From a virus (lineage: Duplodnaviria; Caudoviricetes): DNA of 53,356 nt. A program made the position numbers and the translations under genes. Location of the stretch: positions 1 through 53,356 of IMG/VR virus record IMGVR_UViG_3300044844_001309; one strand, written 5' to 3'. Shown piece after piece: positions 19,289 to 28,634 of this stretch (positions within the stretch are counted from its first letter, which is position 1; each line of letters opens with the position of its first letter). The notes beneath the pieces were generated by a model. That model worked only from the letters and a program-made list of their open reading frames with translations, ran no database searches and was not told the origin of the DNA.

Positions 19289-19722
19289 AGCTTGTCCATC
19301 CCCACGCTGAAGGCGCGCGGCGTGATGTCGGTGCGCGCCGCGGTCGCGCGGGCCTCGGCGGCGGAGAGCCCGCCGACGTAGGCGCCCGTGTCTGCGGTCT
19401 GCATCTCGCGCTCGAGCTGGCCGAGGAGGTCCTTGAACTGCTGGAAGACCTGCGTCCGGGACGTGCTGATGCTGCCAGCGGTGAAGTCGGTGTCCCGGGC
19501 GATGTCGGCCAGGATGGCCCGCACCGCCTCGACCGAGGCGCGCAGGACGCTGGGGTGCAGCGTGTAGATCGCGGTGATACGCTCGTCGGTGAGGTACACG
19601 CGGGCCGTGCCGTCGAGCCCGCCCACGTCACCGATACGCGACCGGATCTGGGAGAGCGCGGTCGTGTAGTCGGTCGTCGTGTCCGTCGCGGTGACGGCCG
19701 GCTGTGGGAGGGTGACGGTCAT
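19282..19722 (-). CDS. Head-tail connector (adaptor) protein
   Basis: IRSRIGD...LTDERI motif; position after the capsid genes. Confidence 0.65.
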   Translation of the reverse strand: MTVTLPQPAVTATDTTTDYTTALSQIRSRIGDVGGLDGTARVYLTDERITAIYTLHPSVLRASVEAVRAILADIARDTDFTAGSISTSRTQVFQQFKDLLGQLEREMQTADTGAYVGGLSAAEARATAARTDITPRAFSVGMDKLW

Positions 19723-19775
19723 ATGGGGCGCTCACCTCTCTGGCGCTCGGCGCCACGGTCACTCGATCCTTGGAC

Positions 19776-20216
19776 TCAGCGCCCGCCCTTGGACGCGGAG
19801 GGCACCGCCATCGGGGCGGGCGCTGAGCCCTCGGCCTTGGACTCGAGCGCGGCCACTCGAGCGAGAAGAGACGCGTGCTCCGCCGCCTGCGCCTGGAGCT
19901 TGGCGGCCAGGTCGGCGCTGCGGGCGCGCTCGGCGGACAGCGCGTCCGAGAGCTGCTCCGAGTCCTTCGGCTCGACGGGCTCGGTCTTCTGGATCTTGGC
20001 AAGACGCGCCTCTAGGCGCTTCTTCTTCTCGCCTTCCAGCTTGAGCGCCGCGGTCGTGAAGGGGCCGAACTCTCCGCCCGGCCCCTCCCACTTCACGTAG
20101 CCGCTGCGGACGAGCGCCAGCGCGGCCTCGACGTCGCCCTTGAGCATGTCGGGCAGGTGGTCGCCGGGGCGCTTCTCGCCCTCGACGTGCTTGTGAGCAT
20201 TGACGGTGATGAACAT
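19776..20216 (-). CDS. Hypothetical head-associated protein with coiled coil
   Basis: GGAGG RBS; follows the capsid gene. Confidence 0.55.
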   Translation of the reverse strand: MFITVNAHKHVEGEKRPGDHLPDMLKGDVEAALALVRSGYVKWEGPGGEFGPFTTAALKLEGEKKKRLEARLAKIQKTEPVEPKDSEQLSDALSAERARSADLAAKLQAQAAEHASLLARVAALESKAEGSAPAPMAVPSASKGGR

Positions 20217-20244
20217 AGTTGTGCCCTCCGGATGCGAAACAGGA

Positions 20245-21240
20245 TCAGGTCAGGATCGAGGTGAAGAGGTAGCCGGCGTCAGCCGACACGAGCTGCACAT
20301 CGTGGAACAGCTCGGCCTCCCAGTAGTCGGTCTTCAGCTCGTCCTTGCGGAACGAGTCGATTCGCACTGCGCCGTTCGCGGCGAGCCCGTCGATCTCGTT
20401 GTGCACGAACGTGTACGCCGCCGACTCCGAGAACGCGTTGGGGTTCTGCTCGACGTACCCGATGAACATCGTCTGCGCGACGAGGTAGCTCATCGACGCC
20501 GTCTGGCCCGGCGCCGCTGAGTTGTAGACGCCGCCCAGCTCGACCACCGACCCGGCCGCGAGGCCGAGGATGTCCTCCATGCCGGTGAACGACACCACGC
20601 CGTTGCGGGCGTCAGAGGCCGCGCCGCGGCTGGTGAAGTTCGTGAAGTCGCTGTGGCGCCGAATCACCTTGAGCACGTCCGGCGACCCGCCCACGAAGTT
20701 CGGCATCTTGCCGGTCCGCTGCCGGACCGCGTCGATCGCGTCGGTGATGTCGACCAGCGGCGTGCTGTTGGGCAGCGACCAGCCGATCACCGAGGTGTTG
20801 GCCACGGCCGAGGCCGCGCCCACGAGCTCGGTGCCCCAGCCCACGCCCGCGGTGAGCAGGTTGGTGGCCGCGAGGCTGCTCGCGCTCAGGATCGCCTGGT
20901 ACTGGAGGAACTCGGCGACGAACTTGTCCAGGCCCTGGCGCAGGGGCCAGAGCTTCTGGTCGTCGTCGCTGAGGCCGACCTTGGCCGCGAACTTGTCGAG
21001 ACGCGTGGTCGCGTTGGCCAGGCCGAAGTCGAGCTCGGCGCTCTCCTTCTTGTTGCCGCGGCGCTGCATGCCGTTGCGGAACCAGTCGGCCTTGCTGAAC
21101 ACCTTGTAGGTGGCGTCCTTGGAGGCCTGCGGCACGGGCGGCGCGAGGAGGCGCGCCCAGTTGGCGCTCGGGTCGGGCTTGTAGGCGACGGCGTAGTCCG
21201 TCGCCGGCTGATTGAAGGTGGACTGGTTGAGCGTAGGCAT
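20245..21240 (-). CDS. Major capsid protein
   Basis: 331 aa; WSLPNSTPLVDI, GKMPN and AGYLFTSIL pattern; AGGAG RBS. Confidence 0.85.
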   Translation of the reverse strand: MPTLNQSTFNQPATDYAVAYKPDPSANWARLLAPPVPQASKDATYKVFSKADWFRNGMQRRGNKKESAELDFGLANATTRLDKFAAKVGLSDDDQKLWPLRQGLDKFVAEFLQYQAILSASSLAATNLLTAGVGWGTELVGAASAVANTSVIGWSLPNSTPLVDITDAIDAVRQRTGKMPNFVGGSPDVLKVIRRHSDFTNFTSRGAASDARNGVVSFTGMEDILGLAAGSVVELGGVYNSAAPGQTASMSYLVAQTMFIGYVEQNPNAFSESAAYTFVHNEIDGLAANGAVRIDSFRKDELKTDYWEAELFHDVQLVSADAGYLFTSILT

Positions 21241-21261
21241 GGTGTCTCCTGTGGTCCTGGC

Positions 21262-22023
21262 TCAGGCGCGCACGTAGCCGACGGTCAGGAAGCCCGACCC
21301 GGCGGTGAAGGCGGTGGTCACCGCGACCTCGAGCGAGATCGCATCGGTGGCGGTGAAGGCGTTGGCGGCGGTCACCGCGGTCCCGGCGATCCGGGTGCCA
21401 GCGGGCGTGCTGGTCGCCAGGGTCACGGTCACGACGCCGCCGGTGACGTTGGTCGTCCCGATCTCGGCGTTGAGCGCGATCGACGCGCCCGCGCCCGTGC
21501 CCACGATCTGCGTGGTCCACGAGAGCGAGACGATGCGGCCGGCGAACCCGGGGACCCAGTCCGTCATCAGGTCGCCGGACGCGGCGATGACGAGCGAGAG
21601 CGGGAAATTCCAGTACTCGACGCCGCTCGACGGCGTCGCCGGCTGGAGCACCATCACGGCACGGCGGTCGCCCGAGACGCCCGCGTAGATCGCGCGCGCG
21701 ATCGGGAATCCCGCCTGCGTGGGCCCGGCGCCGACGAGGCCGGCGCTGATGAGCGCGCCGTTCGCGTCGGGCACCAGCGCATCGCCCACGGCGACGGTGC
21801 CGCCGTAGATCGCGGGGAAGATCTCGCCCGCGGTGGCGAGCTCGGCGATCTCGCCACTGTATGGGTTGTTCTTCAGGATGCCGATGGCACGCTGACCCAG
21901 CGCGGAGCAGAGCACCGCGGTCTGGTTGGTCTGGATCACCGCGCGGTACTGCCCGGTGACCGAGTAGTCCGCGGCGGCGGTGAGGATGGGGCCCTGGCCG
22001 GGCGGAAGGCGAAGGTCGGACAT
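21262..22023 (-). CDS. Capsid decoration/cement protein with extra C-terminal domain
   Basis: AAADYS..QYRAV, AIGILKN and GGTVAVGDALVPDANG (DUF2190-like). Confidence 0.65.
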   Translation of the reverse strand: MSDLRLPPGQGPILTAAADYSVTGQYRAVIQTNQTAVLCSALGQRAIGILKNNPYSGEIAELATAGEIFPAIYGGTVAVGDALVPDANGALISAGLVGAGPTQAGFPIARAIYAGVSGDRRAVMVLQPATPSSGVEYWNFPLSLVIAASGDLMTDWVPGFAGRIVSLSWTTQIVGTGAGASIALNAEIGTTNVTGGVVTVTLATSTPAGTRIAGTAVTAANAFTATDAISLEVAVTTAFTAGSGFLTVGYVRA

Positions 22024-22035
22024 GGTGTTGGCTCC

Positions 22036-22728
22036 TCAGTTCCCGCGGGTCTGCTGGTACAGCTCGGGGTGGGCGTCGTAGACGCGGGTGCGCGCGATGG
22101 GCATGGACTTGGCGACCGGCATGGCGCGGAGGGTCTCGTCGGCGGCGATGATGGCCTTCGCCTTCGCCTCGATCTGCGCCTGGGCACTGCCCTCCTCCGG
22201 CGTCTTGCTCGAGCCCACGGTGACCAGCGTCTTAGCGACCGCCTCCGAGGACCTGAGCAGCGCCTCGGTGAGGATCTCGCCCGCGCTCTTGCCGTCCGCC
22301 GACTTCGCGGTGAGCGAGTCCGCCGCGCGCAGGGCGAAGATCAGGTCGTCCGTGGACGCACCGATGACCCCCCGCATCTTGGCGACCTTCTCGCCGTACA
22401 CGCGCTTGGTCTCGATCTCGCGCATCGCGAGGAGGTCAGCCTCGAGCTTGTCGCTGCGGGCCTTCTCATCCACCAGGCGCTTGCGCACCGGCTCCGGGAG
22501 GGCGGCCATCGCGGCGGCGTCGCGCTGCTCGGGCGTGAGCTTGGCCTCGGCCTCGATCTCGGCGAGGCGGCGCTTGGCCGCGGCCTCGCCGGCCTTGGCC
22601 TGCTCGGCCTGGGCCTTCATGGCCTCCATGTCCATGTCGTCGCTGGGCTTCGACGCGCTCTTGATCTGCTCCAGGACGTAGGCCTGCTCCTCGGGCGAGA
22701 GCTTCGCCAGGATCTGCTCCATGTTCAT
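22036..22728 (-). CDS. Probable nested scaffolding protein (internal in-frame start)
   Basis: AGGAG RBS 9 nt before the in-frame ATG of MNMEQILAKLS. Confidence 0.55.
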   Translation of the reverse strand: MNMEQILAKLSPEEQAYVLEQIKSASKPSDDMDMEAMKAQAEQAKAGEAAAKRRLAEIEAEAKLTPEQRDAAAMAALPEPVRKRLVDEKARSDKLEADLLAMREIETKRVYGEKVAKMRGVIGASTDDLIFALRAADSLTAKSADGKSAGEILTEALLRSSEAVAKTLVTVGSSKTPEEGSAQAQIEAKAKAIIAADETLRAMPVAKSMPIARTRVYDAHPELYQQTRGN

Positions 22729-23475
22729 CGCGTTGGACTCCTGCCGTGCCTTGACGGCTTCGATGCGGACGCCGATGCCGGCTCCGGCGTCGACGAGGGT
22801 GACGCGATCCACGTGCAGATCGCGGAAGATGGTGGTGCCGTCCGGCTGCGGCTCCTTGAGGGCCGTGGCCTCGATCGAGAACTCGCGCAGCTCGCCCGCG
22901 CGCACGCGCTTGGCGGCCGGGCCGAGGATGCGGGCCGAGACCCACCAGCCCGTCGGGCCGGTGCCGTCGAGGCCCATCGCGATACGCGTCGCGGGCGTCA
23001 TCACCACGGACTCGGTGAGGTAGCCGCAGGGTTCGTCGTAGTGCGTGACCGCGTTGAACTCGCGGCTCGCGATGAGGAACCGCTTGGCGGCGGCCTCGAG
23101 CACGGGGACGGGGATGATGTCGCTCTGGTGGTCGACAACGACACGGCCCTGCGCGTCGAGGGCGACGCTGGCCCAACCGCTCACCTCGACCGAGTCGTCC
23201 GCGCCGTCGATCTTCGTAACGGGCAGGCGCATCGTGACCGCGTTGCCGTCGCGGCGCTTGGTGACCTGGAGCCCCGCGGGCGGGCGCCACGTGCCGTCCG
23301 CGTCCTTGGACCACCCCGCGTTCGTGAGCCCGCGCCACGCGAGCGCCGATGCCTTGGCGTCGTCCTCGCCTGCGTTGGCCGCGGCGGTGAAGACGCGCAG
23401 CCAGTGTGCCTGGGCGAGCTCGGGGAGCACGCCACGCACATCCGGCGGCAGATCGGTGATCGAGGCGTACGGCAC
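22036..23475 (-). CDS. Prohead protease (XkdF-like) with N-terminal ChaB-like domain and C-terminal scaffold
   Basis: MPYASITDLPPDVRGVLPELAQ (ChaB-like); VSGWASV, VVDHQSDII, GELREFSIE (XkdF-like); helical C-terminus. Confidence 0.8.
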   Translation of the reverse strand: MPYASITDLPPDVRGVLPELAQAHWLRVFTAAANAGEDDAKASALAWRGLTNAGWSKDADGTWRPPAGLQVTKRRDGNAVTMRLPVTKIDGADDSVEVSGWASVALDAQGRVVVDHQSDIIPVPVLEAAAKRFLIASREFNAVTHYDEPCGYLTESVVMTPATRIAMGLDGTGPTGWWVSARILGPAAKRVRAGELREFSIEATALKEPQPDGTTIFRDLHVDRVTLVDAGAGIGVRIEAVKARQESNAMNMEQILAKLSPEEQAYVLEQIKSASKPSDDMDMEAMKAQAEQAKAGEAAAKRRLAEIEAEAKLTPEQRDAAAMAALPEPVRKRLVDEKARSDKLEADLLAMREIETKRVYGEKVAKMRGVIGASTDDLIFALRAADSLTAKSADGKSAGEILTEALLRSSEAVAKTLVTVGSSKTPEEGSAQAQIEAKAKAIIAADETLRAMPVAKSMPIARTRVYDAHPELYQQTRGN

Positions 23476-23555
23476 GCGCGCCCACCGTGCAGCCCTAGGC
23501 CGATGGCCTGTACGATTCGCGTGTGACCTACAGGCCCACGAGGCTAGAGTGGGTC

Positions 23556-23909
23556 ATGCAGCCGTACGGTCGTGGTCATCTCGCCAAGGCGCTCCGCGAA
23601 GCGCGCGCGCATCTCGACGTGTCGCAGTACTCGGTGGCGCACCACATCGGTGTCCACCTCACGAGCTACGGCCAGGCCGAGCTCGGGCGGAAGCTCTTGC
23701 GGGATGACCGCCTCCTGCTGGCGGAGCAGTTCCTCGAGTGCCCGGCCGGCACGCTGGTGCGCGCGGCCGCGCAGGACCGTCAGGAGGTCAAGCTTCCGGT
23801 GGGCCAGGAGGACCGCGACGACGTGGTGGTGATGTTGGCGGTGCGCTGGCGCGACCTGTCGCGCGCGCAGATCGACGGCATCCGCGACGTGCTACGGGCC
23901 GCTGGGTGA
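23556..23909 (+). CDS. XRE-family HTH transcriptional regulator
   Basis: LREARAHLDVSQYSVAHHIGVHLTSYGQAELG; preceded by GTGACC-16 nt-TAGAGT. Confidence 0.8.
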   Translation: MQPYGRGHLAKALREARAHLDVSQYSVAHHIGVHLTSYGQAELGRKLLRDDRLLLAEQFLECPAGTLVRAAAQDRQEVKLPVGQEDRDDVVVMLAVRWRDLSRAQIDGIRDVLRAAG

Positions 23910-25550
23910 CGCGTCGTCGGCCGGGACGAAGCCCCGGCCCACCTCGCCCATGATGCGCTCGGCGCGCGCGGGGTCGAGGTTGAAGAATTCCTGCAACATC
24001 GCCACGCCCGTGCTGCGCGGCAGTCGGCCGGCGGCCACCTCGCCCACGATCTCGACAGCGGACGTGACCTGCGCACCGTTGAGCGCGGTCTCTGCGGCGG
24101 GCACCGGCTCGGCGCTGGGGTCGACCACCGGGGCCGCGGCCGGAGCCTGAGCCTGCTCATCCACCAGGCGGAGGGGGGGGTATGCGTCGTCCCGGACTTC
24201 CTTCGCCGGCAGTTCGCCGCGGCGGCGGATCTCGGCCTCCAGCGCTTCGTCGTAGGTCAGCCCACCGGCGGTCATCAGGCTGCTCACGTACGCGCCCCAC
24301 TCCTGGAGCGACGCCTTGTCGATGTCGCCGAAGCGGTGCGTCGGCCAGAGCGCGCGCGGCACGCCGTTGAGGCGCAGCATGCGGGCGGCCTCGACGTTGA
24401 TCGTCTCCGACAGCGCGCCCAGCAGCGAGTCACCCTGGAGGCGGAACGCGTCGGTCTTCGACTCGTCGAGGCTCTTGGCGCCCACGCCGTCCATGCCGGC
24501 GTACATGAACGCGGCGCCCAGGCCCACGCTCATCTCGCCGCGGATGCGCCGAATGACGTCGGATGTGTTGACCTGGCGTGAGCCACCCGAGGCCATCAGA
24601 CGGAAGCGGAACTGGGTGGGGTTGCCGTCCGGGTCGAGCTCGGCGGGGATGACCACGCCCTCGAGCCCGTCGCGCTCCACCAGCGTGACCAGCTCCTTCA
24701 TCTGGCGCAGCGTCTCCTGCTCGTCCGCGCTGGCGCCGGCGCCGAACAGCTTGGGCGGCACCTCCATCACGGGCATGCCGGTGAGGTCGCGCTTGATACC
24801 GATCGCTTCGAGCTCCTCGAAGATGCGCTTGAAATAGTAGGCTCTCTCGGCGAGCGAGAGCATCGACAACCCCTCCGGGTTGTTCTTCGTGTGGCGGAAC
24901 CGGAAGTGGACGACCTTGGACATCGGGATCCACACCAGGGACCGCGTCTCCTGCGGCGATTGCCAGAAGCCCAGAAGCTCCCGCTTGTCGTCCGACCACT
25001 CCCAGCGATCGACGGACTCGAGCGGCCGGATGTCCCACGACCGCCACGCGAGCCAGCCGTCGTTGTAGTCGCTGGCGAACATAGGGTCGTCGACGTCGCC
25101 GCGACAGACCTTGTAGGTGACTTCCATCGGCGCCGCGCCGTCGCGGGCGGTGTGCTCGATGACCGTCGACATGCGCGCTCGGGGCGTCTCGTCCATGTCC
25201 TCCCAGGCGCCCGCCATCCGGTCCGCGATGCGCTGCGCCTCGGGGGAGGGAGAGGCGTCGCTCTCCCCGATCGGCTTGGCTGGCTCCCACAGCGAGGGCG
25301 CGCGGTTGAGGAAGTTCACCAGGTTGTTGATGAAGCCACCGGCCGTCGTGTCGCTCTCGCCCATCTCGCGGAAGACCTTGAACCGCTGGCCGCCGACGAG
25401 CCGCGGGCGCCACTCCTCGTAGACGTGGCCCGAGGTCTGGCGGAGGGAGGGGAGGCCGAGCTTGAGGAGGGGGGAGGCGGGCGGGCGCGCGCGGGACGAA
25501 CGGGAGCGGGCCACGCCGCAGTCTGGGCCGGCTGTCCACCGCTGCGCCAC
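23892..25550 (-). CDS. Portal protein (DUF935 / Mu gp29-like)
   Basis: VVHFRF..TKNNPEGLSML...AYYFKR..E..GIKRDLTGMPV; position after terminase and MuF. Confidence 0.85.
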   Translation of the reverse strand: MAQRWTAGPDCGVARSRSSRARPPASPLLKLGLPSLRQTSGHVYEEWRPRLVGGQRFKVFREMGESDTTAGGFINNLVNFLNRAPSLWEPAKPIGESDASPSPEAQRIADRMAGAWEDMDETPRARMSTVIEHTARDGAAPMEVTYKVCRGDVDDPMFASDYNDGWLAWRSWDIRPLESVDRWEWSDDKRELLGFWQSPQETRSLVWIPMSKVVHFRFRHTKNNPEGLSMLSLAERAYYFKRIFEELEAIGIKRDLTGMPVMEVPPKLFGAGASADEQETLRQMKELVTLVERDGLEGVVIPAELDPDGNPTQFRFRLMASGGSRQVNTSDVIRRIRGEMSVGLGAAFMYAGMDGVGAKSLDESKTDAFRLQGDSLLGALSETINVEAARMLRLNGVPRALWPTHRFGDIDKASLQEWGAYVSSLMTAGGLTYDEALEAEIRRRGELPAKEVRDDAYPPLRLVDEQAQAPAAAPVVDPSAEPVPAAETALNGAQVTSAVEIVGEVAAGRLPRSTGVAMLQEFFNLDPARAERIMGEVGRGFVPADDASPSGP

Positions 25551-25571
25551 CGCGCGAGGTAGACCGCTGGC

Positions 25572-25883
25572 CTACCCCCGGAAGACCATGCGCTGCACCG
25601 CCAGCGAGAACTCGCCGCTCACGTGGCCCCAGGAAGACGTCCGCGTCGGTGGCGCCTCGACCCACGCGCACGCGTAGCCGATGCCGTTCATGAGGCCGTA
25701 CACCTGCCACATGAGGTCGAGCTGTGGCCCCAGCGACATGCGGTCGATGCGCGTTCGGATGGACTGCGGCCCTAGCCCTGGACGCACGCTCGGTGTCTCT
25801 GCGATGAGGTCTCCACCCTCCTCCCGCAGCGTCCACACCACGTCGCCATCTTGCACCGTGAGGGCTTCGCTCGTCGTCATCAT
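25572..25883 (-). CDS. Hypothetical protein
   Basis: GGAGG RBS; coupled to the MuF stop. Confidence 0.5.
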   Translation of the reverse strand: MMTTSEALTVQDGDVVWTLREEGGDLIAETPSVRPGLGPQSIRTRIDRMSLGPQLDLMWQVYGLMNGIGYACAWVEAPPTRTSSWGHVSGEFSLAVQRMVFRG

Positions 25884-27166
25884 CCCCTCCCGTGTCGTAG
25901 CTTCAGCGTCGCCACCTCGCCGCGCGTCAGCGTGACGGCGTCGGGCAGCTCCGCGGTGATGGCCTTCGCCGTACGCCGACGGATGACCGGGGCAGTCGTG
26001 CACTGGCAGTTGATGGTCTCGCCAATGGGCGCGCTCGGGTCGCCAGGGTAGCGCAGCCGGTTCCCGCGCTCGGTCACGAAATACTCGCCGAGCTTCACGC
26101 GCTTGCCGTTCATGTGGCCGTGCCGCTCGGAGCCCAGCCGCGCCAGCCACTCAATCTCCTCGACGCCCGTCGCCTTGTAGCCCTCGACGATGCCGGTGTT
26201 CTCGGCCTGCGCCAGCTCCGTCTGCGCGATGATGGCGGCCCGCTCCGGCGAGAAGACGCGGATGCGGCCGTCGACCTCGCGCCCGTGAAACTGCGTATGG
26301 ATGCGCCGCGCGATCTCGCCCATGCTCGGGACCTTCGCCTCGCTCTGCGCCTCCGCCACGATCTGGCGCACGCTCGCGCGCACCTCGTCCTTCGTCGTGG
26401 CCAGGAGGTCGTCGACCCGCTCCACCACGCCGTTGCGGTACTCCCAGAACCACTTGATCTTGGTCGGCTTGCCCTCGACCGCGTCGCGCATCAGCGTGCC
26501 GCGGAACGCGAGGTCGTCCATCACGGGCGCCTTCGGCTTGCCTCCTGCGGGCGGCTCGACACCGACACGCCGCCGGACCACGGTCTCGTCCTCGGGGTCG
26601 ACGGTCACCGGCACACGCGTCACGCCGAGGTCGCGGAGAGCGGCCAGGCGGTGTCGACCGTCGCGGACCGAGATGTCGCCGCCCGACCGCACTACGATCT
26701 CTGGCATGTTCACTGGGGTGCCGTTGCGGATGGCGGCTCGCAGGAACTCGATCGCCTGCCGATAGCGGTCACCGATGCCACCCGCGCCACCCGAGCCCAC
26801 GTAGAACGAAGGCGATCGGCGGAGCTCGCCGTCCAGGGCTTCGATGTCCACCCAGACCACGCGCCGCCCCTCCTCCTCGGCGATCGGCGACCGCCCGAAG
26901 ACCGGCCCACCCCCCGTCTGCGCCGCCGCCCGTGAGGCTGCGCTGGCCGCCTGGCGGATGCCGAAGCGCGACAGCAGCGCGATGAGCTCGTCGCGGAGCT
27001 CGGCCTCGGTGGCCTCGCGCGCCTTCGCCGACGCGCCCATCTCCGCGAGCACGCGCCGCGCCTCCAGCTCACCGAGCCGCCCCAGCAGGCGCGCCACCTG
27101 GACCGCGAGCGGCTTCGCGCGGGCCACGACCTCCGCCCGCGTCTGGGCCTGTCGGCGGGACGTCAC
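25880..27166 (-). CDS. MuF-like minor head protein with an inserted ParB/Srx-like domain
   Basis: RAAIIAQTELAQAEN, EIEW, RHGHMNG and PGDPSAPIGETINCQC (MuF); PEIVV...VRDGRHRLAALRDLG..RVPV (ParB-N). Confidence 0.8.
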   Translation of the reverse strand: MTSRRQAQTRAEVVARAKPLAVQVARLLGRLGELEARRVLAEMGASAKAREATEAELRDELIALLSRFGIRQAASAASRAAAQTGGGPVFGRSPIAEEEGRRVVWVDIEALDGELRRSPSFYVGSGGAGGIGDRYRQAIEFLRAAIRNGTPVNMPEIVVRSGGDISVRDGRHRLAALRDLGVTRVPVTVDPEDETVVRRRVGVEPPAGGKPKAPVMDDLAFRGTLMRDAVEGKPTKIKWFWEYRNGVVERVDDLLATTKDEVRASVRQIVAEAQSEAKVPSMGEIARRIHTQFHGREVDGRIRVFSPERAAIIAQTELAQAENTGIVEGYKATGVEEIEWLARLGSERHGHMNGKRVKLGEYFVTERGNRLRYPGDPSAPIGETINCQCTTAPVIRRRTAKAITAELPDAVTLTRGEVATLKLRHGRG

Positions 27167-27197
27167 CCCGCCACCGTCCCCGCCAGAGCGCGCACGG

Positions 27198-28634
27198 TCA
27201 AGCGCCTCGGATGGTCGAGGGCCGCGCGTTCAAGCCCAGCCGCGGCGCGACCACCGACGGCGTGCGCAGCACCAGGTTTGTCGCCGCCCACACGAGCGCG
27301 TCGAGTCGATCGGGCGAGTCGTTCCCGGGCTCCCACCCGCAGAGCTGGTCCTCAAGGTCCGAGAACGCCCCCGCGTGGAAGACGCGCCCCTGCTCGTACA
27401 GCGCGGCCACCGGCTCGGCGCGCGTGCGCTTGCCGTCGCTGGCGTGCTCGCGCTTGATCGGGAGGTCGATGTCCGCGGCGCGCAGGATGCTCTCGACCAT
27501 GTCGCCGCCTTGGTTGTCCTCGGCCACCACGCGGTCCGCCTTCCAGCGCGCGAAGGCCTTGGCCGTCGCACGCGCCCAGCCTTCGGGGCTGTAGATGTCC
27601 GAGAGGTCCTCCAGCACCCACAGCTTGCGGCTCGACGTCACGCCCGCCACCACGATGCCGGTCTCGTTGCTCTCCTCGTCCTTGTTCGCGCTGCGCTTCT
27701 GCGAGATCGCGGGGTCCACCGCGACCACGATGCGATCGAGCTGGCCCACCAAGGCCTCGCGCACGCGGAGCGCCCGCTCGTCGCGCATCTCGTCGGTAAT
27801 GACCGGCGCCACCGCCCAGCGGCGGCGGACGTTGTCGGGCACCACGTCCATGCGGCGCGCCTGCTCGACCATCGCCCGCTTCCACAGCGCCCCGGGCGCC
27901 TCGTCGAACATCTCACCGTCGAGCTCCTGCCGCCCCAGCGTCGTCCCGTCGTACCGCTCCAGCACCTCGCGCAAGTACTCCGGGTCGAGGTTGCCCGCGT
28001 TGTCCGCGGTGCGGCCGCGCGTCAACGTCGTGCTCCTGCGCTGGATAATCTGTCGCAGCCACTCCTTGGGGCGCGGGGTCGTCGTCAGGATCGCGCGGGG
28101 GCCGTCCGGGTGCGGCAGGCGCAGACCGAACGAGAGCTGATCCCACGCGTCCCGTGTCCGCCAGGCCGCGGCCTCGTCGCCCCAGGCGAAATCGTGCTGG
28201 GGCCCGCGGAGCTGGTCCGGCTTCTCCGCGCTGTACGTGTAGCCGACCGCACCGTTGGGCCACTTCAGCAGCGTCTGCGATGGGATCCACTTCGGCCGGA
28301 AGTCGTCCGGGCTCAGCGTCAGCAGGCCCGAGGGGCCCTCCAACATCACGCGGATGTCGCCCGCCGTCCGCCCCAGCAGCGCGACCCGCCGGTAGCCACG
28401 CTCGCGCACGGCCTCGATCACCGTCCCCGAGCCCGTGTGCGACTTCCCGACGCCGCGGCCGCCCATGTACAGCCACGTGCGCCAGCGCCCCTTGGGCCAC
28501 GACTGCTCGGGCCGCCGCCAGAACTTCCACGACTTGCGGAGCTGGCCCGCCTGCGTCTCCGTCAGGCCGCCCAGCAGCGCGCGCCGATCTTCGTCGGGCA
28601 GCAGCGCCAGCGTCTCAGCGAGGCTCCGCCCCAC
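27198..28634 (-). CDS. terL: Terminase large subunit
   Basis: Walker A GGRGVGKS, Walker B FAWGDE, TTTP coupling motif; nuclease motifs VVAVDP and DRLDALVWA. Confidence 0.95.
   Translation of the reverse strand: MGRSLAETLALLPDEDRRALLGGLTETQAGQLRKSWKFWRRPEQSWPKGRWRTWLYMGGRGVGKSHTGSGTVIEAVRERGYRRVALLGRTAGDIRVMLEGPSGLLTLSPDDFRPKWIPSQTLLKWPNGAVGYTYSAEKPDQLRGPQHDFAWGDEAAAWRTRDAWDQLSFGLRLPHPDGPRAILTTTPRPKEWLRQIIQRRSTTLTRGRTADNAGNLDPEYLREVLERYDGTTLGRQELDGEMFDEAPGALWKRAMVEQARRMDVVPDNVRRRWAVAPVITDEMRDERALRVREALVGQLDRIVVAVDPAISQKRSANKDEESNETGIVVAGVTSSRKLWVLEDLSDIYSPEGWARATAKAFARWKADRVVAEDNQGGDMVESILRAADIDLPIKREHASDGKRTRAEPVAALYEQGRVFHAGAFSDLEDQLCGWEPGNDSPDRLDALVWAATNLVLRTPSVVAPRLGLNARPSTIRGA

Noticed and set aside
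20653-23526. Long plus-strand ORFs (957 aa here; also 38778-41639, 40346-42601, 26844-28664)
   Set aside because: These are antisense shadows of real minus-strand genes in high-GC DNA, with Arg/Gly/Ala-rich translations and no motifs.
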